From: Balamuthia mandrillaris
Taxonomy: Eukaryota
Assembly: GCA_031835245.2 (NCBI GenBank)
Contig: JAVKOQ020000092.1
Coordinates: forward strand, 62,001-126,000
Direction: 5' to 3'
Length of the DNA stretch: 64,000 nucleotides
Shown: piece after piece, positions 49,361 through 59,379 of the stretch
Layout of the letters: the number at the start of each line of letters is the position of its first letter
Numbering within the stretch: the first letter of the stretch is position 1
The notes under the pieces: generated by a model
What the model saw: the letters and a program-made list of their open reading frames with translations, nothing else
Database searches by the model: none
What the model was told of the DNA's origin: nothing
Position numbers and translations under genes: made by a program

Positions 49361-50470
49361 TCAGCCGTCGTGAGAAACGTGCTCAACTGTCATTGTATCT
49401 TGGTGTTGTCGATGATGATGATGATGTTGGTGATGTTGGTGCGTTTCTTCCTCCTCTGCGACTACCTCTTCCTGCATTCCCTCTTCTCCTTTGCCTTCCG
49501 CTCCTTCTTCTCCTTTTGATGCTCGAAAGACCAACTCATCGTGTTGCTGTTGTTCTTGTTCACCACCCCCATAATGTTGTTGTTGCTCCTGTTGATGTTG
49601 GAGCATATCATGCTCCGAAGTATCTTGAGCACCAGCAGTACCGCTATCATGATGAGGACCTTGTTCCTCTCCTTCCGGCTGTTGTTGCTGTTGGTGATGT
49701 TGGTGATGTTGCTGCTGCGGATGATGATGCACAAAGTTGGTATGTTGTTGCTGTTGTCCACCGTTGCCCCTCGCGCCAACCGAAGATGTCACCGAGTGGA
49801 AGTTCAGAGTGGCCTGCAAGTGCGGGTCTCCAAGGACCAACCGCTCCGTTGCGGTCAATGCGGCCAGAGTGGCTGGCTGCAACGGCAACACCGGGAAGGC
49901 CTGTCCAAGCACGCGCTCCAGCTCCTCCGCCTTGTTGGAGCTCTTGAGGAGGGCCTTGAGGTCCTCGTTCTGCTTGGCGATGAAGACGAGGCGTTGCTCC
50001 AGCTCGCGAGCACGCGACTCCGTGGTGTACATGGTTTGCTTGAGGAGCTTGTTCTCCTCCTCAAGGGCGGCAGCGCGGCGCTCCAGCGCCTGCACGTACT
50101 CTTTCTTGCGCTGGCGGGAGCGAGAGGCTGACTTGCGGTTGTTCAGCCGGCGGCGCTGTAGCTTGCGCTCCTTCTCGCCCGAGTCCACAGGAGAGTCCTG
50201 CGGCCTCGGTCTGACACGAGAGCCCGTGGAAGAAGCTCCAGAGTGTTGGTCGTTTACCCCTCCTGTTGTGGAAGCGTCACCGCCGGTGGCGGAGGCATGG
50301 ACGTCCTCTGTTGTGGAGGAGAGAGCAGAGGAAGTGTCGGTAGCGGTGGCCATGGCAGAGCCGCTCTCTCCTTGTAGTTGGGCTCCTCCACCTCCGCCGA
50401 CCATGTGAACACCGGCAGAGGTGCTGTGGCCGCTGAGTTGCTCGCTGCTGACAACGCTGAGCATCTGCAT
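49361..50470 (-). CDS. bZIP transcription factor with Q/H-rich C-terminus (CDS intronless)
   Basis: RKLQRRRLNNRKSASRSRQRKKEYVQALERRAAALEEENKLLKQ is a basic region plus leucine zipper. Confidence 0.92.
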   Translation of the reverse strand: MQMLSVVSSEQLSGHSTSAGVHMVGGGGGAQLQGESGSAMATATDTSSALSSTTEDVHASATGGDASTTGGVNDQHSGASSTGSRVRPRPQDSPVDSGEKERKLQRRRLNNRKSASRSRQRKKEYVQALERRAAALEEENKLLKQTMYTTESRARELEQRLVFIAKQNEDLKALLKSSNKAEELERVLGQAFPVLPLQPATLAALTATERLVLGDPHLQATLNFHSVTSSVGARGNGGQQQQHTNFVHHHPQQQHHQHHQQQQQPEGEEQGPHHDSGTAGAQDTSEHDMLQHQQEQQQHYGGGEQEQQQHDELVFRASKGEEGAEGKGEEGMQEEVVAEEEETHQHHQHHHHHRQHQDTMTVEHVSHDG

Positions 50471-50987
50471 GACTTTGTCGGCGAATGCAAAGGGTTTGCG
50501 GTGAAAGGTTTCCGCTGCTTGTTTTGCCAGTATGTGTGGGAGTCACATGAGTTTAACGGTCATAAAAAAATAGCCGTTGCAATGAAATAAAAAACACAAC
50601 GAGAAAAGAGAGGAAAAAAAAATAATCAAAAATTGCCCCTCTAAAACCTCATCGTACAAAAAAATCAATCACCCTCTTTGAATCAAAACAACACATAAAG
50701 AGAAAGCAAAGAAAAACCTGTTGTTGTTGTTGTTGGTTGGTGCAGTTTGTATTTTTTTTTTTGCTTGTTGCGGTGGTTGTTGGGGGAGGACGTCACCGGA
50801 GGAGGAGGCCACCTCAGCACTGCCAGCAAGGAAAGGGGAGAGCTTGCGTGGCTACCTGCAACCTTCTTTTTTTGCGCTTCTGTTTAAAATTAACAAAGTT
50901 TAAGTTTGCTGAGGTGGACTTTCTTTTTTTTTTTTAGCCGTTTGCGGTGTAAACTATTCCTTATTTAGTTTATTTGTAGACATATGA

Positions 50988-51008
50988 TGACGTGGCTGGA
51001 TGACGTCA
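50988..51008. promoter_or_regulatory. Paired bZIP-type sites TGACGTGG and palindromic CRE TGACGTCA upstream of the bZIP gene
   Basis: GATGACGTGGCTGGATGACGTCAC lies ~520 bp upstream of the bZIP ATG. Confidence 0.45.
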
Positions 51009-51208
51009 CAGTGGAAAACGAAGGAAGCAGCAGGCTGCGTTGGGTTGAACTTCTTCTCTTCACGGACGTTTGTAAGTTGCTCGTGAGCAGGGGATCTGGA
51101 GAGGCAATACCAAGATACCACTATCTTCATCACTAACCCACAACCGGATTACAGGTTGTGAGTGTGATGGAGATAGTGATATCCTGGTAGTCTCTGATGG
51201 GGCATTGC

Positions 51209-52360
51209 TCAAGCGGTGTTCACGTAGTAGTAGCTGTAGCTCTTGTTGAAGTCGGATTCCCCAAAGCGGAGTTCCTTGCCGGTTATGTTGACGTGGAAGA
51301 TGCCCTCGCGCTCGCGAACGCACGCCTCCAATCTGTCCAAGAGCTCCTCCACTCGCTCCATTCCTTTGAAGAATTCCTTGGGAAGGTCTTGCAGCTCCTT
51401 CAAGGTCCTCCCTGCGACTCTCGGACAGAAAGCAGCTCCCGTGGAGTACGGTACTTTGACCTTGTCCACCGCCTGGCATTTCCCAGTGAAGTGGGAGTAG
51501 ATCCACAGCTCGTCCACTCCTCCGAGCATCGACTGCACCACGCCAGACTTTGTGCTCCCAACGAGATGGACGTCCTGGTTGACCCTGGTCTTGACCTCGA
51601 TCCTACGGCCTCTCTCATCCACCCCATCGAGCTCGGCCCAGTACAGAAGCTTCCTATTACCGCAACGAGCGCCGACAACGTGCATCACCTCGTGTGGCTG
51701 AAAGACCGCATCTTCCCCCATCAGCATGAGCGGAACGATGGCTCCCACCAGGTGGCTCGTTGCAAAGCCACGATTGTTGAAGAACTCCCTTTCCTGGAAG
51801 AGTGGAACCATGCGAGGATTGCCATGAATGACCAGCATGGCTCGATGCTCTGGCAGCCACTCTACGGAGACCGTCACTTGGCTCGTCTCATTGGATCTTA
51901 CGTTCTCCATCGCCATGTTCATCAGTCGGTAGAGGCAACCCCTTGTCGTAAGGACAGGAGCGGAGCCCAGCTCGTCCTTCGTTTCTTGCTGTTCTTGCCC
52001 TTCCCTCAATCGCTCAGAGTGGGCTTGGATCAAGTCCTGAACGTCAGCTCGACGCACATCCCTGGCCAACGCTTCCAACGAGGAGGAGCAGTTCTTTCGA
52101 AGGGCGGAGTGGAACATGTTGAACGAGGCATGGTACGACTGTGCCATCGCAGGTGGGCTGACGGGCGAGCCCACTTGGACGTTGTGGCTGTGAAGCAGAG
52201 GGGGAGTGACGTCCAACTCGCAGGCAACCGCTCCGTCAGGATGGATTAGCTGACGAACACAATTGTAGTGGTCCACATTCCAGCTCTTCTCCTCTGCTCC
52301 TCCAAGAGAGAGCCCTTTCAGGAGGTGTTCCAGCGGTTTGTCTTTGTCTCTGGCTTGCAT
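51209..52360 (-). CDS. DXO/Rai1-family decapping nuclease-like protein, intronless, divergent
   Basis: VLTTRGCLYRLM (motif I), LLYWAELDG (E-h-D), IEVKT (E-h-K) and KSGVVQSMLGGVD (K..Q motif). Confidence 0.7.
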   Translation of the reverse strand: MQARDKDKPLEHLLKGLSLGGAEEKSWNVDHYNCVRQLIHPDGAVACELDVTPPLLHSHNVQVGSPVSPPAMAQSYHASFNMFHSALRKNCSSSLEALARDVRRADVQDLIQAHSERLREGQEQQETKDELGSAPVLTTRGCLYRLMNMAMENVRSNETSQVTVSVEWLPEHRAMLVIHGNPRMVPLFQEREFFNNRGFATSHLVGAIVPLMLMGEDAVFQPHEVMHVVGARCGNRKLLYWAELDGVDERGRRIEVKTRVNQDVHLVGSTKSGVVQSMLGGVDELWIYSHFTGKCQAVDKVKVPYSTGAAFCPRVAGRTLKELQDLPKEFFKGMERVEELLDRLEACVREREGIFHVNITGKELRFGESDFNKSYSYYYVNTA

Positions 52361-52661
52361 TGCGCTGTTGTTGTGTTCGTTTTGTTTGGTCGAAGAACCA
52401 AGAAAGAGCGGCGGGTTGGGTGGGCTGCATGTTTATATGTGCGCACAGCAGAAGGGGATGTCCTGGACACCATCCCATGTCCTGGACACCATTCCAACGT
52501 GGATGGACGGCGATGGACAAGCTAACAAAAAGTGGATGAAATATAACTGATATTACACAGCTAACACCACCCTGGGTTCTTGCTTGTTCAAAGGGCAGGG
52601 CTGTGGTGCAGACAGATTGGACCTGTGCATTGGGTTAGGAGGCTGGATGGCGTGCAGACAA

Positions 52662-53109
52662 ATGTCGCCATGCCTAGCCCCTCCGGCTGCACCGGCATGC
52701 CAGGGGTCTCCCAGAATCAAACTCTTCATCAACTGCTGCAACTCAGTGGGTAACTCCTTGAAAAAGTTTCGTGCCCTCTCCTCCTCCACCCCGGACCTCC
52801 TCCGTTACCTCATGGTCTGTCGCGAATGGAACTGCCTGAGGAGAGACCCCTTCCTTTTGAAATTGTTCGCTTCAACGACTTCCCCTTCGGTGCTGATGTT
52901 GGACGCCCCAGAAAGGAGAATCTTAGCCAAGTGGCTTCCTTGCGAGAATTCGTACAAAGTCGTGGTGATGGGGGAAGGCGGTACCGGGCGCAAGAGCTTC
53001 ATCTGTCGTACATTATATGGAAAGTTCTTTTCCCTCGGGGACGAGTTGGATTTTGATCATTACGGGTTTTTGCTTCTTGTTCTTTCTCTTTTCCTTCTTG
53101 TTCTTCTGC

Positions 53110-53150
<41 letters not shown>

Positions 53151-53265
53151 CTTCTTCTTCTTCTTCTTCTTCTTCTTCTTCTTCTTCTTGTTCTTCTTGT
53201 TCTTCTTCTTCTTCTTCTTGTTCTTGTTCTTCTTGTTCTTCTTCTTCTTCTTCTTCTTCTTCTTT

Positions 53266-53297
<32 letters not shown>

Positions 53298-54142
53298 GTT
53301 CTTGTTCTTGTTCTTCTTGTTCTTCTTCTTGTTCTTCTTCTTGTTCTTCTTCCTCTTCTTCTTGTTCTTGTTCTTGTTCTTCTTGTTCTTCTTCTTGTTC
53401 TTCTTCTTCTTCTTCTTCTTCTTCTTGTTCTTCTTCTTCTTCTTCTTCTTCTTGTTCTTCTTCTTCTTCTTCTTCTTCTTGTTCTTCTTGTTCTTCTTGT
53501 TCTTGTTCTTGTTCTTCTTCTTCTTCTTCTTCTTCTTCTTCTTCTTCTTCTTCTTCTTCTTCTTCTTCTTCTTCTTCTTCTTCTTTTCGTTCTTCTTCTT
53601 CTTCTTCTTCTTCTTTCTTCTTCTTTCTTCTTCTTCTTCTTGCTCTTCGTGTTTTTGAAAAAACCAACCAACAAACAAAAAACAGGTACTTTGGTTCCAA
53701 CACGGAGGAAGTGGATGGCAAGGATGCTCATTCATGATTAGCTGTCCTCCAATCATCATCATTGGCAACAAAACAGACCTCCTTTCTTCTCCGCAGCAAG
53801 CACAAAGAGAAGTCTCTTTTGAGGAAGGAAAGGAGTTGGCCGATTCGCTGTTGGAATGAAGCTGAACCAAGGAGCAACAAGAAGAAACAGAAGAAGAACA
53901 GGAAGAAAGGAGGATTCGTGTTTCGCAAAAACTTTTTCGAGATGAGCGTGAAGAACAACACCGTCATGATCCACGGAGCTGATTGGAAGCACCCTCACAG
54001 CCGCGAGGATGGGGTGTCTGTTGTCACGGAGGAGATGGTAAGACAGATCGATGAATGGAGGTACCGCCAAGTATTGCGAGAGGAAAAGGAGGTGCTTGCT
54101 TTGACAAAAAACTACAACAACAGCGCATGTCTGTTGATGTAA
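52662..54142 (+). pseudogene. F-box + Ras-like small GTPase gene, disrupted
   Basis: F-box half DLLRYLMVCREW and P-loop-like YKVVVMGEGGTGRKS. After the intron, YFGSNTEEVDGKDAHS* ends in a stop. IIIIGNKTDL..QREVSFEEGKELA..* and FFEMSVKNN lie in other frames, and the DxxG region is missing. Confidence 0.7.
53095..53642 (+). repeat. Long (TTC)/(TTG)/(TTCTTG) compound microsatellite in an intron
   Basis: Visible directly (~550 bp). Confidence 0.95.
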
Positions 54143-54552
54143 ATGTTAAAAATAAAGAAACTATCAAAATAGAAAGGGGAAAGAAAGGAGAGAGAAGAAG
54201 GAGAATCGCTGTGTGTGATTGACGAGGGCCTCATTGCCACCACAGCTGTGAAGAATCTGGGACAGAAGTGCAAAGCAGTCGGTAAGATTCTCATGGGAGA
54301 GACCCGGCACGATGTGGGCAACCAAACCTTCCGTACCACCACCACCATCGGCATTAGCGACGCCCCATGAATGATCGACCGTGCCACCTCAGACGCAAGC
54401 AAACACTAACAGAATAATTAAAATAAAACTTTTAAATTAAAATTCTGGGAAAATTTTAAAATGCATTCCATGAAATTTGGTGGAAACTTCGCGCTCAAAT
54501 CAAAAAAAAAAAGTAGCGAAGAGAGAAGGGAGCACAGGCATTGCAGCAAGCA

Positions 54553-54602
54553 GAAGAAGAAGAAGAAGAAGAAGAAGAAGAAGAAGAAGAAGAAGAAGAA
54601 GA
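54553..54602 (+). repeat. (GAA)n tract immediately 5' of the Exo70 ATG
   Basis: Visible directly. Confidence 0.9.
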
Positions 54603-54823
54603 ATGGCAGCCACGAAGGCCCTAGAGAGCGCACCCCCAGCGCCTCCCCTGCCAGAGGATGGCAGCTGGCTGCACTCAGAGGAACTGCTCTTCATGAGGCA
54701 CCTCAGCGACGCCTCCCGCCAACGACGCAACAAGCAGCTGGAGAGGATCCAAAGCCAGCGACAGAGGATCGAGGAGCTCCAGGGCAGCCTTCAAAAGAGC
54801 TCAACTCTTGCTGACAGAATGGT

Positions 54824-54881
<58 letters not shown>

Positions 54882-55550
54882 TTTCTTCTCCTTTTTTATT
54901 TTATTGTGATGTCAAAGATTTTTTTTCGTGTGAGAGGTTAACATCAACTGAAAAAAAAAAAGGATACGATTCTTTCTTCGTTTGAGGGAAGGCTGTCCAC
55001 TTTGGAGCACAACATAAAGCCACTGCACAGTCTGACAGCCAATTGGAAGACTGTTCACTCTAGTTCGTTTCTCTCTCTCTTCTCTCTCCCTTTCTTCTTC
55101 GCTCGGCTCGTTGTCTCTCTTCTCCAACGGGGTTGGTTTCCTTCCATGCTAACCTCTAGTATTTTTTGTATTTGGTGTTGGTGAGCAGATGTGGACTCAG
55201 CCTCGGCCGCTATTCAACAAATCTTGGATGTGTTTAACACTGCCAACAAAGTGGAACAACGCATTAAATTGGGGTACAGAACTTTGCTATTCCTGTTCTT
55301 GTTCTTCTTCTTCTTCTTCTTCTTCTTCTTGCCTTTGTTGTTTCTCTCTGTCCTAACGCTTTCATGAAATAGATTTCCATCAGGAACACTCTCTCCTGTC
55401 CCGATGCTTGACAGTTTTGATACGTTCCTGGCATGTCTTGAGACTTTGAACGAAAGCATCGAGTTTCTGCGCCTCCATTCCCAATTTAAAAGTGCTCAAT
55501 CGGCCCTCAGCAATCTCGTGCGTATAGTTTAACGACACATACATACAACT

Positions 55551-55592
<42 letters not shown>

Positions 55593-57962
55593 AACATTGA
55601 ATAGCAAAGAAGAAGCAGAAAAACACAGATTAAAAGAGGAGAGAACAAAAATGAGAAGAGCAAAAGAACAGCTGTTCTTTTTCTTATACTTGATTTAAAT
55701 TGCAGGAAACATTGCGGCGATATGCTGTATCAGAGTGCGAGCGAGCGTTGCGGCTGCTTTTGACTGATAGCAGTGCTCCCATAGATGTGCCTACTGTTCT
55801 ATCGCCTGAAGTGCTGACTGCTGTTGAAGCCGGTAGACAGAAAATTGGTACTTTCTTTTTTCCTTCGTTTTCTTCTTTGCTATTTCATCGTCTTGTTAAT
55901 TGTTACATTTGGCGAGCAGAGGTGATGCCGAAGGAAAGATTTTTAGCAATCGATAAGTTAATGAAGCAATTGCAACGGTTGAAACAGTTTAGTCACTTGA
56001 AGACTTTCACAGAGAAACGGGCGCTGTTCCTTCGCTTGACCCTCCGTAAGCTTTCTCCTGATCGCATTGCCATCGATGAGAGCACTCCCGTTCAGTCGGC
56101 ACTAGAGTCCGCACAGTACGTTCCTTAATGTTCACTTACTGCTTTTCTTGTCTTTTTCTTCTTTTCTCATTTTGGGAACACAAACAAATGCAGAAAAACT
56201 GCAGTGTCTGTTCCATCATCAAGTTCTTCTTACAAGAGAGGAACTCATAAATACATTCGCTTCATGCGCGTTGTCTTAGTTCTTATCAAGGTTTCTCTCT
56301 CTCTCTCTCTCTCTCTCTCGCGTCTCTTGCTCTCGTACTTACTCTGCCATAGCACGAACGATGGTTAATACACGAACTGGTTCCAAAAGAACATTTCGGA
56401 CCTGTATTTGGTCCAGCAGTGGATGGTACTTTGGACCTTCTTATCGAAACAGGACAAAGTGTGATGAAACATCATCTTGCTGCGGATAAAGTCTTTGGAT
56501 GTTTTGTTGTCATGGATATTTTAGAACATTTACAAAACTACAAGCAACAATTCCACAAAGCTATAATGGTATGTGTTGTTGGTCGTTTGTCATCCATCCA
56601 CTTTCTCTTCCTCTCTTCTTATTTTTCTTATTGTCTATCCTTTTGCATTTCGTATTCGTGGACGTTTTAAAAGGGAGAGAGCGGAAAAGAATATGAGGAC
56701 CTAAATGAATTCGTGTCTACGATGAGTTCTGTTCTGCGCAGGACGCTTGGCCAGTTGATACCAGAGTTATCCGCGCTAGCTCCTCCTAAACTTCCTCCTG
56801 ATGGCGCTGTTCATGACCTCACTATCTTGGTACATTCTCTTTCTTCTTTTTATGGTCCTCGTCAGTGTTCTCATTTTAAATTGTTTACTTTCATGTTTTT
56901 ATCATATCGTTCTTTCATCATTCCAGACATTCAAGTTTCTGTTTAGACTGGTTGAGTACAAGAGTATCGCCTGCCCTCTGCTTCCCACCGGTTCCAGCGA
57001 CAAATCTTCTCCCGAAGATGCCCTCAAGGCTTATGTTGGTACGTATCAAACGGAAACGAAAGAAACGAAACGACTGACTACCAAACTAAACTATACCAAT
57101 TATAGAGGAAGTGTTAAAAGAGGTGTATAATACGTTGCGCACACGATCGGAAATGACAAAGAAGAAAGGGCGAGTGAACATCTTCCTTCTCAACAATATT
57201 TACTTCATGAAGAAAGCCTTAGACAATCCTGCTTTAAAGGATTTTGTTCGCCATGGGCTCGTTTCTCGTCTAGAAGAGCATTTGGCTCGTGAACTTTCTA
57301 CTTTCAAAGACAAGTGCGTATTTCTTATTCTTATTCTTCTTCTTCGTGCTCCTTTTGCTCACCACCTTTTTGTTTGTACTATCAAAACAAAGCTGGAACA
57401 AAGCGAAAATGCCATTAGTGGCCGATCATGAAGAACCTTTTGCTGCTTCTTCAGTTGGAGAGTTGAGCAACCGCCAAAAAAAGAAGATCAAGTCCCGTTT
57501 TGCTGTATGTTCTTTCTCTCGTTTATTTTTTATTTCGTTATCTTTCTCTCGGTTATTTTTCTCTCTCTTTCTAACCGTCGTTGTTCACTTCAAGACGTTC
57601 AACGCAGAGTTTGACGGTTTGGTGGCCAATCAAAAGCAATACTCTATGGCAGACAAGGAACTTGCTCAACAGCTCAAAGAGGACATCAAGCAATCTATTC
57701 TTCCTCTTTACAAAGCCTTTATTCAGAGGTATGGCTTTTCCCTACCCCTTTTCAAACATTTTGCATTCAACGCGATTGTAACACAACATTTTTTAGATAC
57801 GACAAGTCAGGCTTTAGCAAGAATCCTGGCAAATATGTTCGTTACCACCTCCAAACGGTATCCGATATGATAGAAACTAGCTTCCGTGAAAAGGGAACTC
57901 TCGCCGCCTCCGCTTCCTCCTCTGGTCCCTCTACTTCCGCCACAGCATCTTCTTCCTCCTGA
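54603..57962 (+). CDS. EXO70: Exocyst subunit Exo70 (multi-exon)
   Basis: LSSFEGRLSTLEHNIKPLH, LPPDGAVHDLT, IFLLNNIYFM and KKIKSRF..FNAEFD..QKQYSMADKEL..LPLYKAFIQRY..FSKNPGKYVRY. Stop TGA at 57960-57962. Confidence 0.92.
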
Positions 57963-58001
57963 ACAAGAGCGTTAATGTACAGAACTCACTTCCCGTATTC
58001 G

Positions 58002-58049
<48 letters not shown>

Positions 58050-58470
58050 GCAAAGATAAATTGCTACTTTTCAGGTGCTTGCATTTCATTATTCTTTCTT
58101 GTTTCTTCTTTCTCTTTTGCTGGCTGTTTCTTTTTCTGTTTCCTTCTTGCCCCAAACACATCCACCCTTCGGGCTCTCGCCCCGATGCAATCCATTCTCA
58201 ATTGTTTCTTCTTCCCATAACAAAGGTGTGTGTCGACGCAATTAATTACTTCCGGACTGCCAACGAACTTTCACCCGTTTTTTGTGTGGACACTTTCCTT
58301 TGGTGCGGTGTATTGAACCTGCTTGCGCGTGACTTTTCGTGGCCCAACTGGCACGGTTTTGGGATGTGCTCCTCCCCTCGCACTGCTTTAAAACATGACC
58401 CTTCATTCTTTCCAGTTTATCGCTTCATATTTCCAAGAGAAAAACACAAAACTAACACGCAGAAAGGACA

Positions 58471-59127
58471 ATGAAGGCAAACCATCTACTTTTGGCTGTG
58501 ATTATCGCGTTGGCGGCCGTGGCTGCTGGATATTCCAACAACAACCAGAAGAAAGCCTCCTTCCTGCTGGCGGAGCAAGGCGCGGGGAGAATGGGGGAGC
58601 AGCAGGGCTACAAGGACTACGAGGTTGATCTGTACGCACAGCTGGACTACGAAGATGAGATATACGGGGAGGATGAGGAGTTTGGCTACGACGAACTCGA
58701 TGCTGCGGACTTCTACGAGGTGGACGACTTCTTCAACCAAGATCTCTTTGGTGACGATGAATTCGACATTGACGAGGAGGAAGAAGAAGACTTTGATTTT
58801 GAGGAGGATGAAACCCTTGTCTTTGACGAAGACGACAACGAAGAGGATGGGTTCTATGAAAACGAGGAAGAGGACGACGATAACACCGAAGAGGAAATGG
58901 ATGAAGAGGGGGTTAAGGCGGAGGAAGCAGAAGATGAGGAGGAGTTCGATTTGACGGAAGATGAGGACGAGGATGAGGAAGAGGAAGACTTTGAGTTCGA
59001 TGAGGGCGAAGCCCTTGATGATGTGAATGAGGTGGAAATGGATGAAGGCCTGCTGGCGTTCATTAGCACCTATCTGGGTGATGAGAACGCGTCCGCAGCG
59101 AACAGGCTTTCTTGTTTCTTTTTGTGA
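58471..59127 (+). CDS. Secreted, extremely Asp/Glu-rich protein (218 aa, intronless)
   Basis: Signal peptide MKANHLLLAVIIALAAVAAG, then a long D/E tract with interspersed F/Y. Confidence 0.75.
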   Translation: MKANHLLLAVIIALAAVAAGYSNNNQKKASFLLAEQGAGRMGEQQGYKDYEVDLYAQLDYEDEIYGEDEEFGYDELDAADFYEVDDFFNQDLFGDDEFDIDEEEEEDFDFEEDETLVFDEDDNEEDGFYENEEEDDDNTEEEMDEEGVKAEEAEDEEEFDLTEDEDEDEEEEDFEFDEGEALDDVNEVEMDEGLLAFISTYLGDENASAANRLSCFFL

Positions 59128-59379
59128 GTGCACAACAGCCACCCTCTCACCATTCGCTTGCCATCGATGAGCACCCCATTCATTACTGTTGTTTTTTTTC
59201 CTTTGTATTATTTAATAGAGTTCCTCTTATACGTTTTATACGATGGGTGTTGGGTGTTGATGGAAGGCACTCCATGTCTCATTGAATTACATACAGGTCT
59301 GCCGCTCAATATTTAGACACATTTGACCGCCTCGGCTGCCCCTTTGGAGTAACATTAGCTGAGGGAAGAAAAGAAAGGA

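Noticed and set aside
49740..49960. Possible Ire1-type unconventional intron in the bZIP mRNA
   Set aside because: No convincing pair of CNGCNG stem-loops was found downstream of the bZIP domain by eye.
51197..52249. 350-aa plus-strand ORF
   Set aside because: It is the antisense shadow of the DXO-like gene and has no recognisable motifs. The same applies to 24844-25953, 9290-10159 and 58486-59142.
54195..54370. Coding-like fragment (GESLCVIDEGLIATTAVKNLGQKCKAVGKILMG...)
   Set aside because: No start codon, splice partner or recognisable family.
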